From assembly GCA_044866005.1 (NCBI GenBank), contig JBIOTN010000180.1, positions 1 through 15,834 on the forward strand: a DNA stretch of 15,834 nt, given 5' to 3'. Shown here in pieces: positions 1-7,238 of this stretch. The stretch's first letter is position 1; each line of letters starts with the position of its first letter. The stretch is from Candidatus Rokuibacteriota bacterium. GTDB lineage: Bacteria > Methylomirabilota > Methylomirabilia > Rokubacteriales > DASRDR01. The notes beneath the pieces were generated by a model, which ran no database searches, had not been told where the DNA came from, and worked only from the letters and a program-made list of their open reading frames with translations. The position numbers and the translations under genes are program-made.

Positions 1-199
1 CGCGCCGGCCGAAGATGTTCCCCATCCGGTCGACCCGCACCGCGCAGCCGGCGTCCTGGAGCCACGCCACCATCCGGTCGCGGATCACCTTGTCCTCGTC
101 CGAGAGGGCGAGCCGCGTGAGCCCGCCCCCCGCGGTCCGCCCGATGCGGGCCTGTTCGTGGAACGTCGCCTCCAGACGCGCGCGGTTGACGCGGATCAT
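1..199 (-). CDS. M20-family Zn-dependent amidohydrolase (allantoate amidohydrolase / N-carbamoyl-L-amino-acid hydrolase / beta-ureidopropionase-like), 5' part only, runs off the window edge
   Basis: Not in the ORF track. Manual translation from ATG at 199 (GGGAGG SD just upstream) gives MIRVNRARLEATFHEQARIGRTAGGGLTRLALSDEDKVIRDRMVAWLQDAGCAVRVDRMGNIFGRR. The GG-x-TRLALS-x-ED and VD-x-x-GNIFGR motifs are the typical N-terminus of this family. Starts 25 bp after the livF stop. Confidence 0.85.
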   Translation of the reverse strand, partial: MIRVNRARLEATFHEQARIGRTAGGGLTRLALSDEDKVIRDRMVAWLQDAGCAVRVDRMGNIFGRR

Positions 200-224
200 C
201 GGGCCCTCCCTGCGCGACCCCGGC

Positions 225-980
225 TCACAGGCCGAGGTAGGCCTTCCGCAGGCGGTCGTCGCGCGCCAGGTCGGCGGCCTGGCCGCTCAGGACGAGGCGT
301 CCGTTCTCCAGGACGCAGCCCCGGTGCGCGAGGGCGAGCGCCTGCCGGACGTTCTGCTCGACGAGCAGGACGGTGACGCCGCGGTTGTTGATCGTCTGCA
401 CCGTCTCGAACATCCGGCGGACGAGCATGGGCGCGAGGCCGAGCGTCGGCTCGTCGAGCATGAGGAGCCTGGGCCGCGCCATGAGGGCGCGTCCGATCGC
501 GCACATCTGCTGCTCCCCGCCGGAGAGCGACCCGGCGAGCTGCTCCCGTCGCTCGGCCAGCACCGGGAACAGGGCCAGGACCTCCTCCAGCGTCGCCCCG
601 GCCTCGGCGCGGGCGGGCGGCGGGTGAGCGCCGAGGAGGAGGTTCTGGCGCACCGTCAGGAACGGGAAGAGCCGGCGCCCCTCCGGGACCTGGACGATCC
701 CGAGGGCGACGCGCTCGTGGGCGGGCACGGGGTCGATGACCCGGCCGGCGAAGGTGAGCCGCCCCGCCCGGGGGGGCAGCAGCCCCGAGATGACGCGGAG
801 CGTGGTGGTCTTCCCCGCCGCGTTCGCCCCGACGAGGGCGACGATCTCGCCCGGCTGGATCGCGAAGGAGACGGCGTGGAGCGCCTGGAGGTCGCCGTAG
901 AAGGCGTCCACGCGCTCGAGCGCGAGCAACGCGCCGTCACCGGGCGGCGCGGCCGTCGGCCGGACAGGGCCCGCGGTCAC
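225..980 (-). CDS. livF: Branched-chain amino acid (Liv-type) ABC transporter ATP-binding protein, LivF-like
   Basis: Walker A GANAAGKT, VQVPEGRRLF, signature LSGGEQQM, Walker B LLMLDEP, LLVEQN, C-terminal AYLG. The start is placed at the in-frame GTG at 980, which overlaps the HD gene stop (GTGA), rather than at the track's 1055. Confidence 0.92.
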   Translation of the reverse strand: MTAGPVRPTAAPPGDGALLALERVDAFYGDLQALHAVSFAIQPGEIVALVGANAAGKTTTLRVISGLLPPRAGRLTFAGRVIDPVPAHERVALGIVQVPEGRRLFPFLTVRQNLLLGAHPPPARAEAGATLEEVLALFPVLAERREQLAGSLSGGEQQMCAIGRALMARPRLLMLDEPTLGLAPMLVRRMFETVQTINNRGVTVLLVEQNVRQALALAHRGCVLENGRLVLSGQAADLARDDRLRKAYLGL

Positions 981-1552
981 GGACGGGGAACGAGCTTGCG
1001 GTCGGCCTCGTCGAGCCGGTTGCGGAATTCGCGGAGGAGCGGGCAGGTGGTCCACGCGGCGCGGAGGACCTCGTAGACCTGCCGGTAGAAGCCGAGCTTC
1101 TGGGCCGGCGGCGCGTTGAACCGCTCCCAGAGCGTATCGCCCTGGCTGGCGTGCGCGGCGATCATGGAGACGAGGTTCGCGATCTTGTCCGCGCCCGCGA
1201 CGAGGAGCGAGCCCCGCGGCGCCTGCTCGAGCCGCCGGAGGTAGCGCGCCTTCCGCGTCTCCCAGGAGAGTCCCGGCAGGTCGGGCTCCGTCACGTCCTT
1301 CACCGCCTCCAGCACCTTCGGCCCGAACTCGCGCTCGATCACCGCTTCGGTGAGCGCGGTGTCCTCGAGCGTGTCGTGCAGGAGCCCGGCGATGATCGTG
1401 TCCTCGTCGTCCGTGTAGCGGGAGAGGATCAGCGCGACGGTCACCGGATGGACGATGTAGGGCATGCGCCGGTCCCCCTTCCGGGTCTGGGATCCGTGCG
1501 CCTCGAGGGCCAGCGCGATGGCGCGTTCCGTCCGATCCGTGAAGATCGCCAT
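977..1552 (-). CDS. Stand-alone RelA/SpoT-type HD-domain protein (small alarmone hydrolase / Mesh1-like (p)ppGpp hydrolase family)
   Basis: 191 aa with RSH hydrolase motifs in order: AHGSQTRKG, PYIVHP, AGLLHDTLEDT (HD plus ED dyad), VKDVTE, ADKIANL. No synthetase domain. Confidence 0.85.
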   Translation of the reverse strand: MAIFTDRTERAIALALEAHGSQTRKGDRRMPYIVHPVTVALILSRYTDDEDTIIAGLLHDTLEDTALTEAVIEREFGPKVLEAVKDVTEPDLPGLSWETRKARYLRRLEQAPRGSLLVAGADKIANLVSMIAAHASQGDTLWERFNAPPAQKLGFYRQVYEVLRAAWTTCPLLREFRNRLDEADRKLVPRP

Positions 1553-1558
1553 CGTCCT

Positions 1559-1620
1559 TCGGCGGGGCTACCGCCCCCCTCCGATTCCTCCCCCTCGGGT
1601 TGCGCTGGCCAAGCCAGCGC
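1559..1620 (+). repeat. Two-hairpin intergenic repeat (REP-like), copy A
   Basis: Imperfect hairpin TCGGCGGGGC-TACC-GCCCCCCTCCGA, linker TTCCTCCCCCTCGGGTT, then perfect hairpin GCGCTGGC-CAA-GCCAGCGC (1602-1620). Matches the copies at 15058 and 15780. Confidence 0.75.
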
Positions 1621-1652
1621 CGAGCGCGCTTCGGCGTCTGTCGGACACGAGA

Positions 1653-2375
1653 CTATGATAAAGCGAACGGCTCGCCCAGGTAGGCGTCGATCACGCGGCT
1701 GTCCCGGGCGACGCCTTCGGGGGGGCCCTCGGCGATCTTCTCGCCGTGGTGGAGCACCACGATCCGCTGGCAGAGCTGCATGATCGCCGCCATGATGTGC
1801 TCGATGACGATGAGCGTGACGCCGCCGGCGTGCAGGTTGCGGATGAGTGCGAGCATGCCGGAGAGCTCCGTCGGGTTCAGGCCGGCCATGACCTCGTCCA
1901 GCAGGAGCAGCCGCGGTCGCGTGGCGAGCGCCCGCGCCACCTCGAGCCGCTTGCGGAGCCCGATCGGCAGCGACTTCGCGGGCAGTGCCGCCCAGGCTTC
2001 CAGGCCGCAGCGCGCGACGACTCGTCGCGCGTCTTTCCGGGCCTCGCGCACGGTCGCGAGCGGCGTCAGACCGCCGATCATCACGTTGTCGAGCACCGAG
2101 AGGTTGCCGAACGGCTTGACGATCTGGAACGTCCGGCAGATCCCCAGGCGTGCCAGCTCGTGGGGGGCCAGGCCGGTGACGTCCAGCCCGTCCACGCGGA
2201 CGGAGCCGGTCTCCGGGGCGTAGAAGCCGGCGATGACGTTGAACAGGGTGGTCTTGCCGGCGCCGTTCGGGCCGATGATCCCGACGAGCTCTCCGGCCTG
2301 GACCTGGAGGTTGACCTCGCGAACCGCGAGCAGCCCGCCGAACCGCTTCGTCACCGCGGTCAGCTCAAGTAGCAT
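1653..2375 (-). CDS. livG: Liv-type ABC transporter ATP-binding protein, LivG-like
   Basis: KRFGGL, Walker A GPNGAGKT, GICRTFQ, Walker B LLLLDE, AGLN, IEH, C-terminal VIDAYLG. Confidence 0.93.
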   Translation of the reverse strand: MLLELTAVTKRFGGLLAVREVNLQVQAGELVGIIGPNGAGKTTLFNVIAGFYAPETGSVRVDGLDVTGLAPHELARLGICRTFQIVKPFGNLSVLDNVMIGGLTPLATVREARKDARRVVARCGLEAWAALPAKSLPIGLRKRLEVARALATRPRLLLLDEVMAGLNPTELSGMLALIRNLHAGGVTLIVIEHIMAAIMQLCQRIVVLHHGEKIAEGPPEGVARDSRVIDAYLGEPFALS

Positions 2376-3396
2376 CGAGCGGTCGGGGCAGGCCCGGGGC
2401 GGGCGGCGCCGGCGCGGGGCCCCGGCGCCGGCCGGCGGCCGCCAGCGCCCCCGCCAGCCCCTGCGGGAGGAAGCGCACGAAGACGATGAGGAGGCAGCCG
2501 TAGATGACGAGGTACATCCCCGTGAACCCGGTCCGCACCCCGGCGAACTGGGCGCGCAGGTACGTCTCCAGCGAGGTGATGAGGAGGGAGCCCAGGAACG
2601 GCCCGAGCGCCGCCCCCATCCCGCCGATGATCGCGTTCAGCGCGAAGAGGACCGACAGGTCGATGGAGAAGACGTAGAACGGGTCCACGAACCCGATGTA
2701 GGCGGCCCACAGGCTGCCGCCGACCGACGTGAGCGCGGCCGACAGCGCGATCGCGCGCACCTTGAGCCGGCGGCTCGCGATCCCCAGCGCCTGCGCGGCG
2801 TCCTCGTCCTCTCGCACGCCGGCGAGCTGGTAGCCGATCCGGGAGCGCTCGAGCCAGACCTGGACGAGCCAGACGAGGAGCGCGAAGGCGAGGGCCAGGT
2901 AGAGCCAGCTCGACTTCCCGGCGAAGCCGAGGGTGGCGAAGCCGGGCCGGAAGGGGACGGGGATCCCCTCCGAGCCCTTCGTCAGCTCGCGCCAGCGGCT
3001 CGCGACGATCAGCAGCACCTGGGCGAACGCGATCGTCGCGAGCGCGAAGTACGGGCCGCGGAGGCGGTTCGCGAGGTAGCCGATGACGAGCCCGGCGGCC
3101 GTGGAGAGGACGGCACCCGCCGCCATGCCGGTCCAGGCCGAGAGGTCCCAGCGTACCGCCAGGAGCGCGGTGGAGTAGGCGCCGAGGCCGAAGAAGGCCG
3201 CGTGTCCGAGTGAGACCTGTCCCGCGTAGCCGCCCGCCACGTTCCACGCGCCGGCGAGCGCGCCCCACACGAGGATCAGGATGACCGTGTCGTGGAAGAA
3301 GGCGTCGCGCGTGAGGAGCGGCACGGCGGCGGCCAGACCAAAGAACAGCGCGGCGGGCGCGAAGGGGAGCGCGGCGGCCAGGCCAGGGGCCCTCAC
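2365..3396 (-). CDS. livM: Liv-type ABC transporter permease, LivM-like
   Basis: GYAGQVSLGHAAFFGLGAY, RLRGPYFALAT, REDEDAA, IIGGMG...GPFLG, with hydrophobic segments. The start is placed at GTG 3396, overlapping the livH TGA (GTGA). The longer track ORF (to 3906) overlaps livH out of frame. Confidence 0.9.
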   Translation of the reverse strand: MRAPGLAAALPFAPAALFFGLAAAVPLLTRDAFFHDTVILILVWGALAGAWNVAGGYAGQVSLGHAAFFGLGAYSTALLAVRWDLSAWTGMAAGAVLSTAAGLVIGYLANRLRGPYFALATIAFAQVLLIVASRWRELTKGSEGIPVPFRPGFATLGFAGKSSWLYLALAFALLVWLVQVWLERSRIGYQLAGVREDEDAAQALGIASRRLKVRAIALSAALTSVGGSLWAAYIGFVDPFYVFSIDLSVLFALNAIIGGMGAALGPFLGSLLITSLETYLRAQFAGVRTGFTGMYLVIYGCLLIVFVRFLPQGLAGALAAAGRRRGPAPAPPAPGLPRPLDAT

Positions 3397-4274
3397 GCGC
3401 CGAGGGTCTCCGCGCCGCGCTGGCCGAAGAGTCCGGCCGGTCGGAACACGAGGACGAGGATGAAGAGGACGAAGTAGAGCACCTCTTTCCACGCCGGGCC
3501 GAGGAAATAGGAGCCGCCGACCTCGACCGTCGCCACGATGAGGCTCCCCAGCAGCGCGCCGACCATGTCGCCGAGCCCGCCCAGCACGACCACCACGTAG
3601 GCCAGCAGCACGAACTGGAGGCCGGCCGTCGGGTAGACCGGATAGAGCGGTGAGACCAGCACGCCGGCCACGCCCACCGCGGCGATGCCCATGGCGAAGG
3701 TGAGGCGGTAGACGCGGTCGGTGTCGATCCCCATCAGCGTCGCGGCGTCCCGATCCTGCGCCGTCGCCCGCATGATCATGCCGGTCCGCGTCCACCGCAT
3801 GAAGCCGAAGAGCGCGAGGGTGAGGAGCAGGGCGATCGCGAAGGCGACGATCTGCGAGAGGTTGAAGGCGGCGTTGCCGAGGCGCAGGACGACGCCGGCG
3901 TGCCACGGGCGGATGAACCGGAAGTCGCCGGTCCAGGCGACGAGCGCGACGTTCTGGAGCGCGACCGACAACCCGACGGTCGTGAAGATCTGGACGTTGT
4001 GCGAGGCCTGGATGATCCCTCGCATGACGAGGGCGTAAACGGCGAGCCCGCCGACGAAGAACAGGAGCACGGCGGGTCCGAGGACGAGGTAGGGATCGAG
4101 GCGCCAGAGCGTGAAGGCCCAGAAGGCCAGGTACATGCCGAGCATGAGGAACTCGCCGTGGGCGAAGTTCACCACGCGCATCACGCCGAAGATCAACGTG
4201 AGGCCGACGGCGATGAGGGCGTAGATCCCGCCGAGCAGCAGCGCGGAGACGGCGAGCTGCGGCAGGACGGTCAC
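3393..4274 (-). CDS. livH: Liv-type ABC transporter permease, LivH-like
   Basis: GGIYALIAVGLTLIFGVMRVVNFAHGEF, TRTGMIMRATAQD, VVVLGGLG, RPAGLFG. GTG start with GGAG upstream. Confidence 0.93.
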   Translation of the reverse strand: MTVLPQLAVSALLLGGIYALIAVGLTLIFGVMRVVNFAHGEFLMLGMYLAFWAFTLWRLDPYLVLGPAVLLFFVGGLAVYALVMRGIIQASHNVQIFTTVGLSVALQNVALVAWTGDFRFIRPWHAGVVLRLGNAAFNLSQIVAFAIALLLTLALFGFMRWTRTGMIMRATAQDRDAATLMGIDTDRVYRLTFAMGIAAVGVAGVLVSPLYPVYPTAGLQFVLLAYVVVVLGGLGDMVGALLGSLIVATVEVGGSYFLGPAWKEVLYFVLFILVLVFRPAGLFGQRGAETLGA

Positions 4275-4347
4275 GAATTACGGGACTCCGCCGCGCCCCC
4301 GGGTCCTGTCACTGCCCTTGCTCCCGTTCGCCGGGCTCCGTCACCCG

Positions 4348-4390
4348 TTCACGCCCTTCCGCAGGCAGTCGCCGGCGGAAGGAGCGTGAA
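4348..4390. other. Long intergenic inverted repeat (stem-loop) between livK and livH
   Basis: TTCACGCCCTTCCGC (4348-4362) pairs with GCGGAAGGAGCGTGAA (4375-4390): 15 bp with one bulged base and a 12-nt loop. No U-tract. Confidence 0.6.
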
Positions 4391-4572
4391 GGGGTCCCAC
4401 TTCGCCCGGCGTCCGGGAGCGGCGGGCGTGCCACCCGGGGGCGCGTCGGCCTCCCATCGCGCGACGACAGGACCCGCGGCGGGCCGCTCGGGGGGCGATG
4501 CCGACGTGACCCGCGACCGGGCCTGGGTCCGCGGCAGCCTGCGGGCGCCCGGCGCCGGGCGTGGCGGCAGCG

Positions 4573-5850
4573 CTACTTGCGGGTGTCCCAGGCGCCGAGC
4601 GGGATCCACTTCGGGCGGTTCGTCGTGAACTCCTCCGGCCACACGGTGACCAGCTCGCCGTTCTGCCACTGCAGCATGTAGTGCTGGACGCGCTCGTTGC
4701 CGTTCTGCCCGGTCTCGGCGAACTTCGCCCCCCAGCCGTTGATGGAGGCGCCCACCGGCAGGTCGAGCTCGAGGACCGCGGCGCGGAACCGGTCGAGGTC
4801 GTCGCTCCTGGCACGGTCCAGGGCCAGCTTGAGCAGCCAGAGACCGCCGGCGGCGAGCTGGTGGCCGCCCAGCGGGTACGAGCCGGTCGCCTTCTGCACC
4901 CGCTCGCGGAATTCCCGCTCCACCTGCTGCCCTTCCGGGCGGAGCGCTTCGAGCCGGAATCCCGGACCCGGCTCGAGCAGGGCGAAGGGGCCGTTGCCGT
5001 CCCCACCGAGGGCCTTGCCGAAATCGGGCGAGCCGTAGCCGGTGGCGCCGGCCGACACGAGCGCCTTGAAGACGAACTGCTGCTCGCGCGCCTGCTTCCA
5101 GAAGATCACCGCGTCGTTGCCGCGGGCGACCGCCATCACGACGTCCGGGTTCGCCTGCTTGAGCTTGAGGATGATGGGCGTGAAGTCGTTCGTCGTCTGC
5201 CAGTTGTAGTAGTCGGCGGAGAGCTCCTGCATGCCGAACTCGTCCCGCGCGCGCTTGCGCGCGGACTCGATGACCCCCTGCCCGTAGGAGGAGTCCTCGG
5301 AGAGGAACGCGAGCCGGAGCTGGTTCGGCTTGACGTTGAAGCGCGGCGCGAGGTGCTTCGCCACGAACTCGACCATGTACCAGCCGAACCCGGTCCCGTC
5401 GATCTCCGTGCGGAAGACGTTCTTGAGCCCGCGCTGGGTGAAGCGGGGATCGACGCACGACGTCTCCCAGTAGATCACGTTGTGCCGGGCCGCCGCCTCG
5501 CTCGCCGCGCCGCAGAGCGTGGAGGAGTACGTGCCCGTGATGATGCGGACGCCCTCGCGCGTGATGAGGCGGTTGGCCTCGGACGCCGCGGCGGTGGGGT
5601 TCGTGGCGTCGCCGACGACGGCGACGAGCTTCTTTCCCATCACGCCGCCGTGGGCGTTGACCATCTCCGTCATGATCTGGTAGCCCTCGAGGTGCCGCTT
5701 GCCCTCGAAGGCGAGCGGGCCGGTCAGGGGCTCGAGGATCCCGATCTTGTACTCGCCCTGGAGGGCCGGTGCCTGGGCGACGGCCGCACCGCCCGCCAGG
5801 ACGGACACCACCAGGACGAAGGGCGCCAGCCTCCGAGTCGGATGCCGCAT
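4573..5850 (-). CDS. Liv-type ABC transporter substrate-binding protein (LivJ/LivK family)
   Basis: Signal peptide (basic N-region, hydrophobic core, AVAQA), YKIGILEPLTGPLA, VNAHGGVMGKKL, NVFR, EDSSYG, DFTPIILKLK, and C-terminal LQWQNGELVTVWP. GGGAGG SD 7 nt before the ATG. Confidence 0.92.
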   Translation of the reverse strand: MRHPTRRLAPFVLVVSVLAGGAAVAQAPALQGEYKIGILEPLTGPLAFEGKRHLEGYQIMTEMVNAHGGVMGKKLVAVVGDATNPTAAASEANRLITREGVRIITGTYSSTLCGAASEAAARHNVIYWETSCVDPRFTQRGLKNVFRTEIDGTGFGWYMVEFVAKHLAPRFNVKPNQLRLAFLSEDSSYGQGVIESARKRARDEFGMQELSADYYNWQTTNDFTPIILKLKQANPDVVMAVARGNDAVIFWKQAREQQFVFKALVSAGATGYGSPDFGKALGGDGNGPFALLEPGPGFRLEALRPEGQQVEREFRERVQKATGSYPLGGHQLAAGGLWLLKLALDRARSDDLDRFRAAVLELDLPVGASINGWGAKFAETGQNGNERVQHYMLQWQNGELVTVWPEEFTTNRPKWIPLGAWDTRK

Positions 5851-5914
5851 CGCTGTGCCTCCCGGATCGAGGTTCGGATGCTCTGCGAGACGCGGGGGTG
5901 CGGGGGTCGTCTCG

Positions 5915-5944
5915 GGTATAGCATCCCGCCGGAAATACTGTCAA
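5915..5944 (-). promoter_or_regulatory. Predicted sigma70-type promoter of the liv operon
   Basis: Minus strand reads TTGACA (5944-5939), 18 nt, TATACC (5920-5915), with an extended -10 TGn. AT-rich boxes stand out in the GC-rich background. Confidence 0.65.
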
Positions 5945-5992
5945 GGCAGCCTGGCCGCGCCGCCCCCGCCGCCGTAGGGGAAAACCGGGGGA

Positions 5993-6021
5993 TTGACCGG
6001 GCCCGCGCCGCGCCCTAGAAT
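5993..6021 (+). promoter_or_regulatory. Predicted sigma70-type promoter of the MBL-fold gene
   Basis: TTGACC (5993-5998), 17 nt, TAGAAT (6016-6021). Divergent from the liv promoter. Confidence 0.72.
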
Positions 6022-6067
6022 TCGAGATCCGTTCGCTCGCCGGGAATCTCGCTCACGGGGAGGGCCG

Positions 6068-7147
6068 TTGTCAGGATCCGGTCGTCGCGTCGCGCACGGC
6101 GGCATTCTGCTCGTCGTCGCGCTGGCGCTGGCCACCGCGTCGCTCTCCCGCGCCGAGACCCATCGGCCCCTGTCGAGCGCGCCCGCGCGGCCCGCCCACC
6201 ACCTGGCGGGCGGCTTCCAGAACGTCGAGCCCGGCTTCATGCGCGCGACCCACTGGGTCCGCGTCCGGCACTTCGTGGGCCGGCTGGGGGCCATGCTGCG
6301 CGGCGAGCCGCGGGTGGCCGCGCTCCCGGTCCATCGGGCCGACGTCTCGGCCCTCCGCGAGAACGGCCAGACCGCGACCGTCACCTGGGTCGGCCACTCC
6401 ACGCTCCTCGTCCAGCTCGACGGGGTGAACTTCCTCACCGACCCTCACTGGGGGACGCGGACGGGCCCGTTCGGCGGTCGGGTCGGCGTGACCCGTTACA
6501 CGCCGCCGGGCCTCGACCTGGACGCCCTGCCGCGGATCGACTTCGTCCTGATCTCCCACGATCACTACGACCACCTCGACGAGCCGACCGTGCTGCGGCT
6601 CTGGCAGGCCCACCATCCGCGCTTCGTCGCCCCCCTGGGGATCAAGGCGTGGCTCGCCGACCGGGGGATCACGAACGCCGTGGAGCTCGACTGGGGCGAA
6701 TCGACCACGGTCGCCGGCCTCATGATCGTCTGCACGCCCGCCCAGCACTTCTCCGGGCGGACGCCACGGGATCAAGGGCGCCGCCTCTGGGCGTCCTGGG
6801 TCGTGGAGGGGTCGAAACGGTTTTATTTCGGCGGCGACTCCGGCTATGCCCGCCACTTCAAGGAGATCGGGGACGCCTACGGGCCCTTCGCCCTGGCGGC
6901 GCTCGCGATCGGCTCCTACACGCCGCGCGAGCTGACGCGCCCGGTCCACACGTCGCCCGAGGAGGCGCTCCAGGCCTGGACCGACCTGCGCGGCCAGCGT
7001 TTCCTCGGGATCCACTGGGGGACCTTCGCGCTGGCCGAGGAGCCGTACGACGAGCCGCCCCGCCGGCTCGCCGCCGAGGTGGCGCGCCGCGGCCTCGACC
7101 CCGAGGCCGTCTGGGTGCTCAAGCCGGGCGAGACGCGCCACTGGTGA
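6068..7147 (+). CDS. Exported metallo-beta-lactamase-fold hydrolase, NAPE-PLD/RomA-like
   Basis: TWVGHST, FLTDP, SHDHYDHLD (HxHxDH), PAQHFSGR, LWASW, FGGDSGY, IHWGTF. The start is placed at TTG 6068 after GGGGAGG, because the track's TTG 5993 is the -35 box. The N-terminus looks like a signal peptide (RR...ILLVVALALATASLSRA). Confidence 0.87.
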   Translation: MSGSGRRVAHGGILLVVALALATASLSRAETHRPLSSAPARPAHHLAGGFQNVEPGFMRATHWVRVRHFVGRLGAMLRGEPRVAALPVHRADVSALRENGQTATVTWVGHSTLLVQLDGVNFLTDPHWGTRTGPFGGRVGVTRYTPPGLDLDALPRIDFVLISHDHYDHLDEPTVLRLWQAHHPRFVAPLGIKAWLADRGITNAVELDWGESTTVAGLMIVCTPAQHFSGRTPRDQGRRLWASWVVEGSKRFYFGGDSGYARHFKEIGDAYGPFALAALAIGSYTPRELTRPVHTSPEEALQAWTDLRGQRFLGIHWGTFALAEEPYDEPPRRLAAEVARRGLDPEAVWVLKPGETRHW

Positions 7148-7217
7148 GCCGCCCTCGGGGCCCCGCCCGGGGGGCCGCCGCGCAGCCGATCCCCGTCGCC
7201 TGACCGCCGTCCGCGGC

Positions 7218-7223
7218 TAGAAT
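7218..7223 (+). promoter_or_regulatory. Possible -10 element upstream of the DMT gene
   Basis: TAGAAT, identical to the MBL promoter -10, 12-15 nt before TTG 7236/ATG 7239. No well-spaced -35 and no SD. Confidence 0.4.
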
Positions 7224-7238
7224 CGGTCGAGCTCTTTG

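Noticed and set aside
807..830. LivF Walker A reads GANAAGKT rather than GANGAGKT, a possible inactivation
   Set aside because: It still fits GxxxxGK[ST], and the signature and Walker B motifs are intact, so there is no evidence of pseudogenisation.
977..1552. HD gene as the antitoxin of a toxic small alarmone synthetase (toxSAS) module
   Set aside because: No synthetase-like or toxin-like gene is adjacent. Both neighbours are ABC ATPases.
5856..5869. TGCCTCCCGGATCG resembles the linker of the two-hairpin repeat
   Set aside because: It is explained as the reverse complement of the livK Shine-Dalgarno sequence, and neither flanking hairpin is present.
6068..7147. Antibiotic-resistance metallo-beta-lactamase
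   Set aside because: The motifs (PAQHFSGR, LWASW, IHWGTF) fit the NAPE-PLD/RomA-like branch, not class B beta-lactamases.
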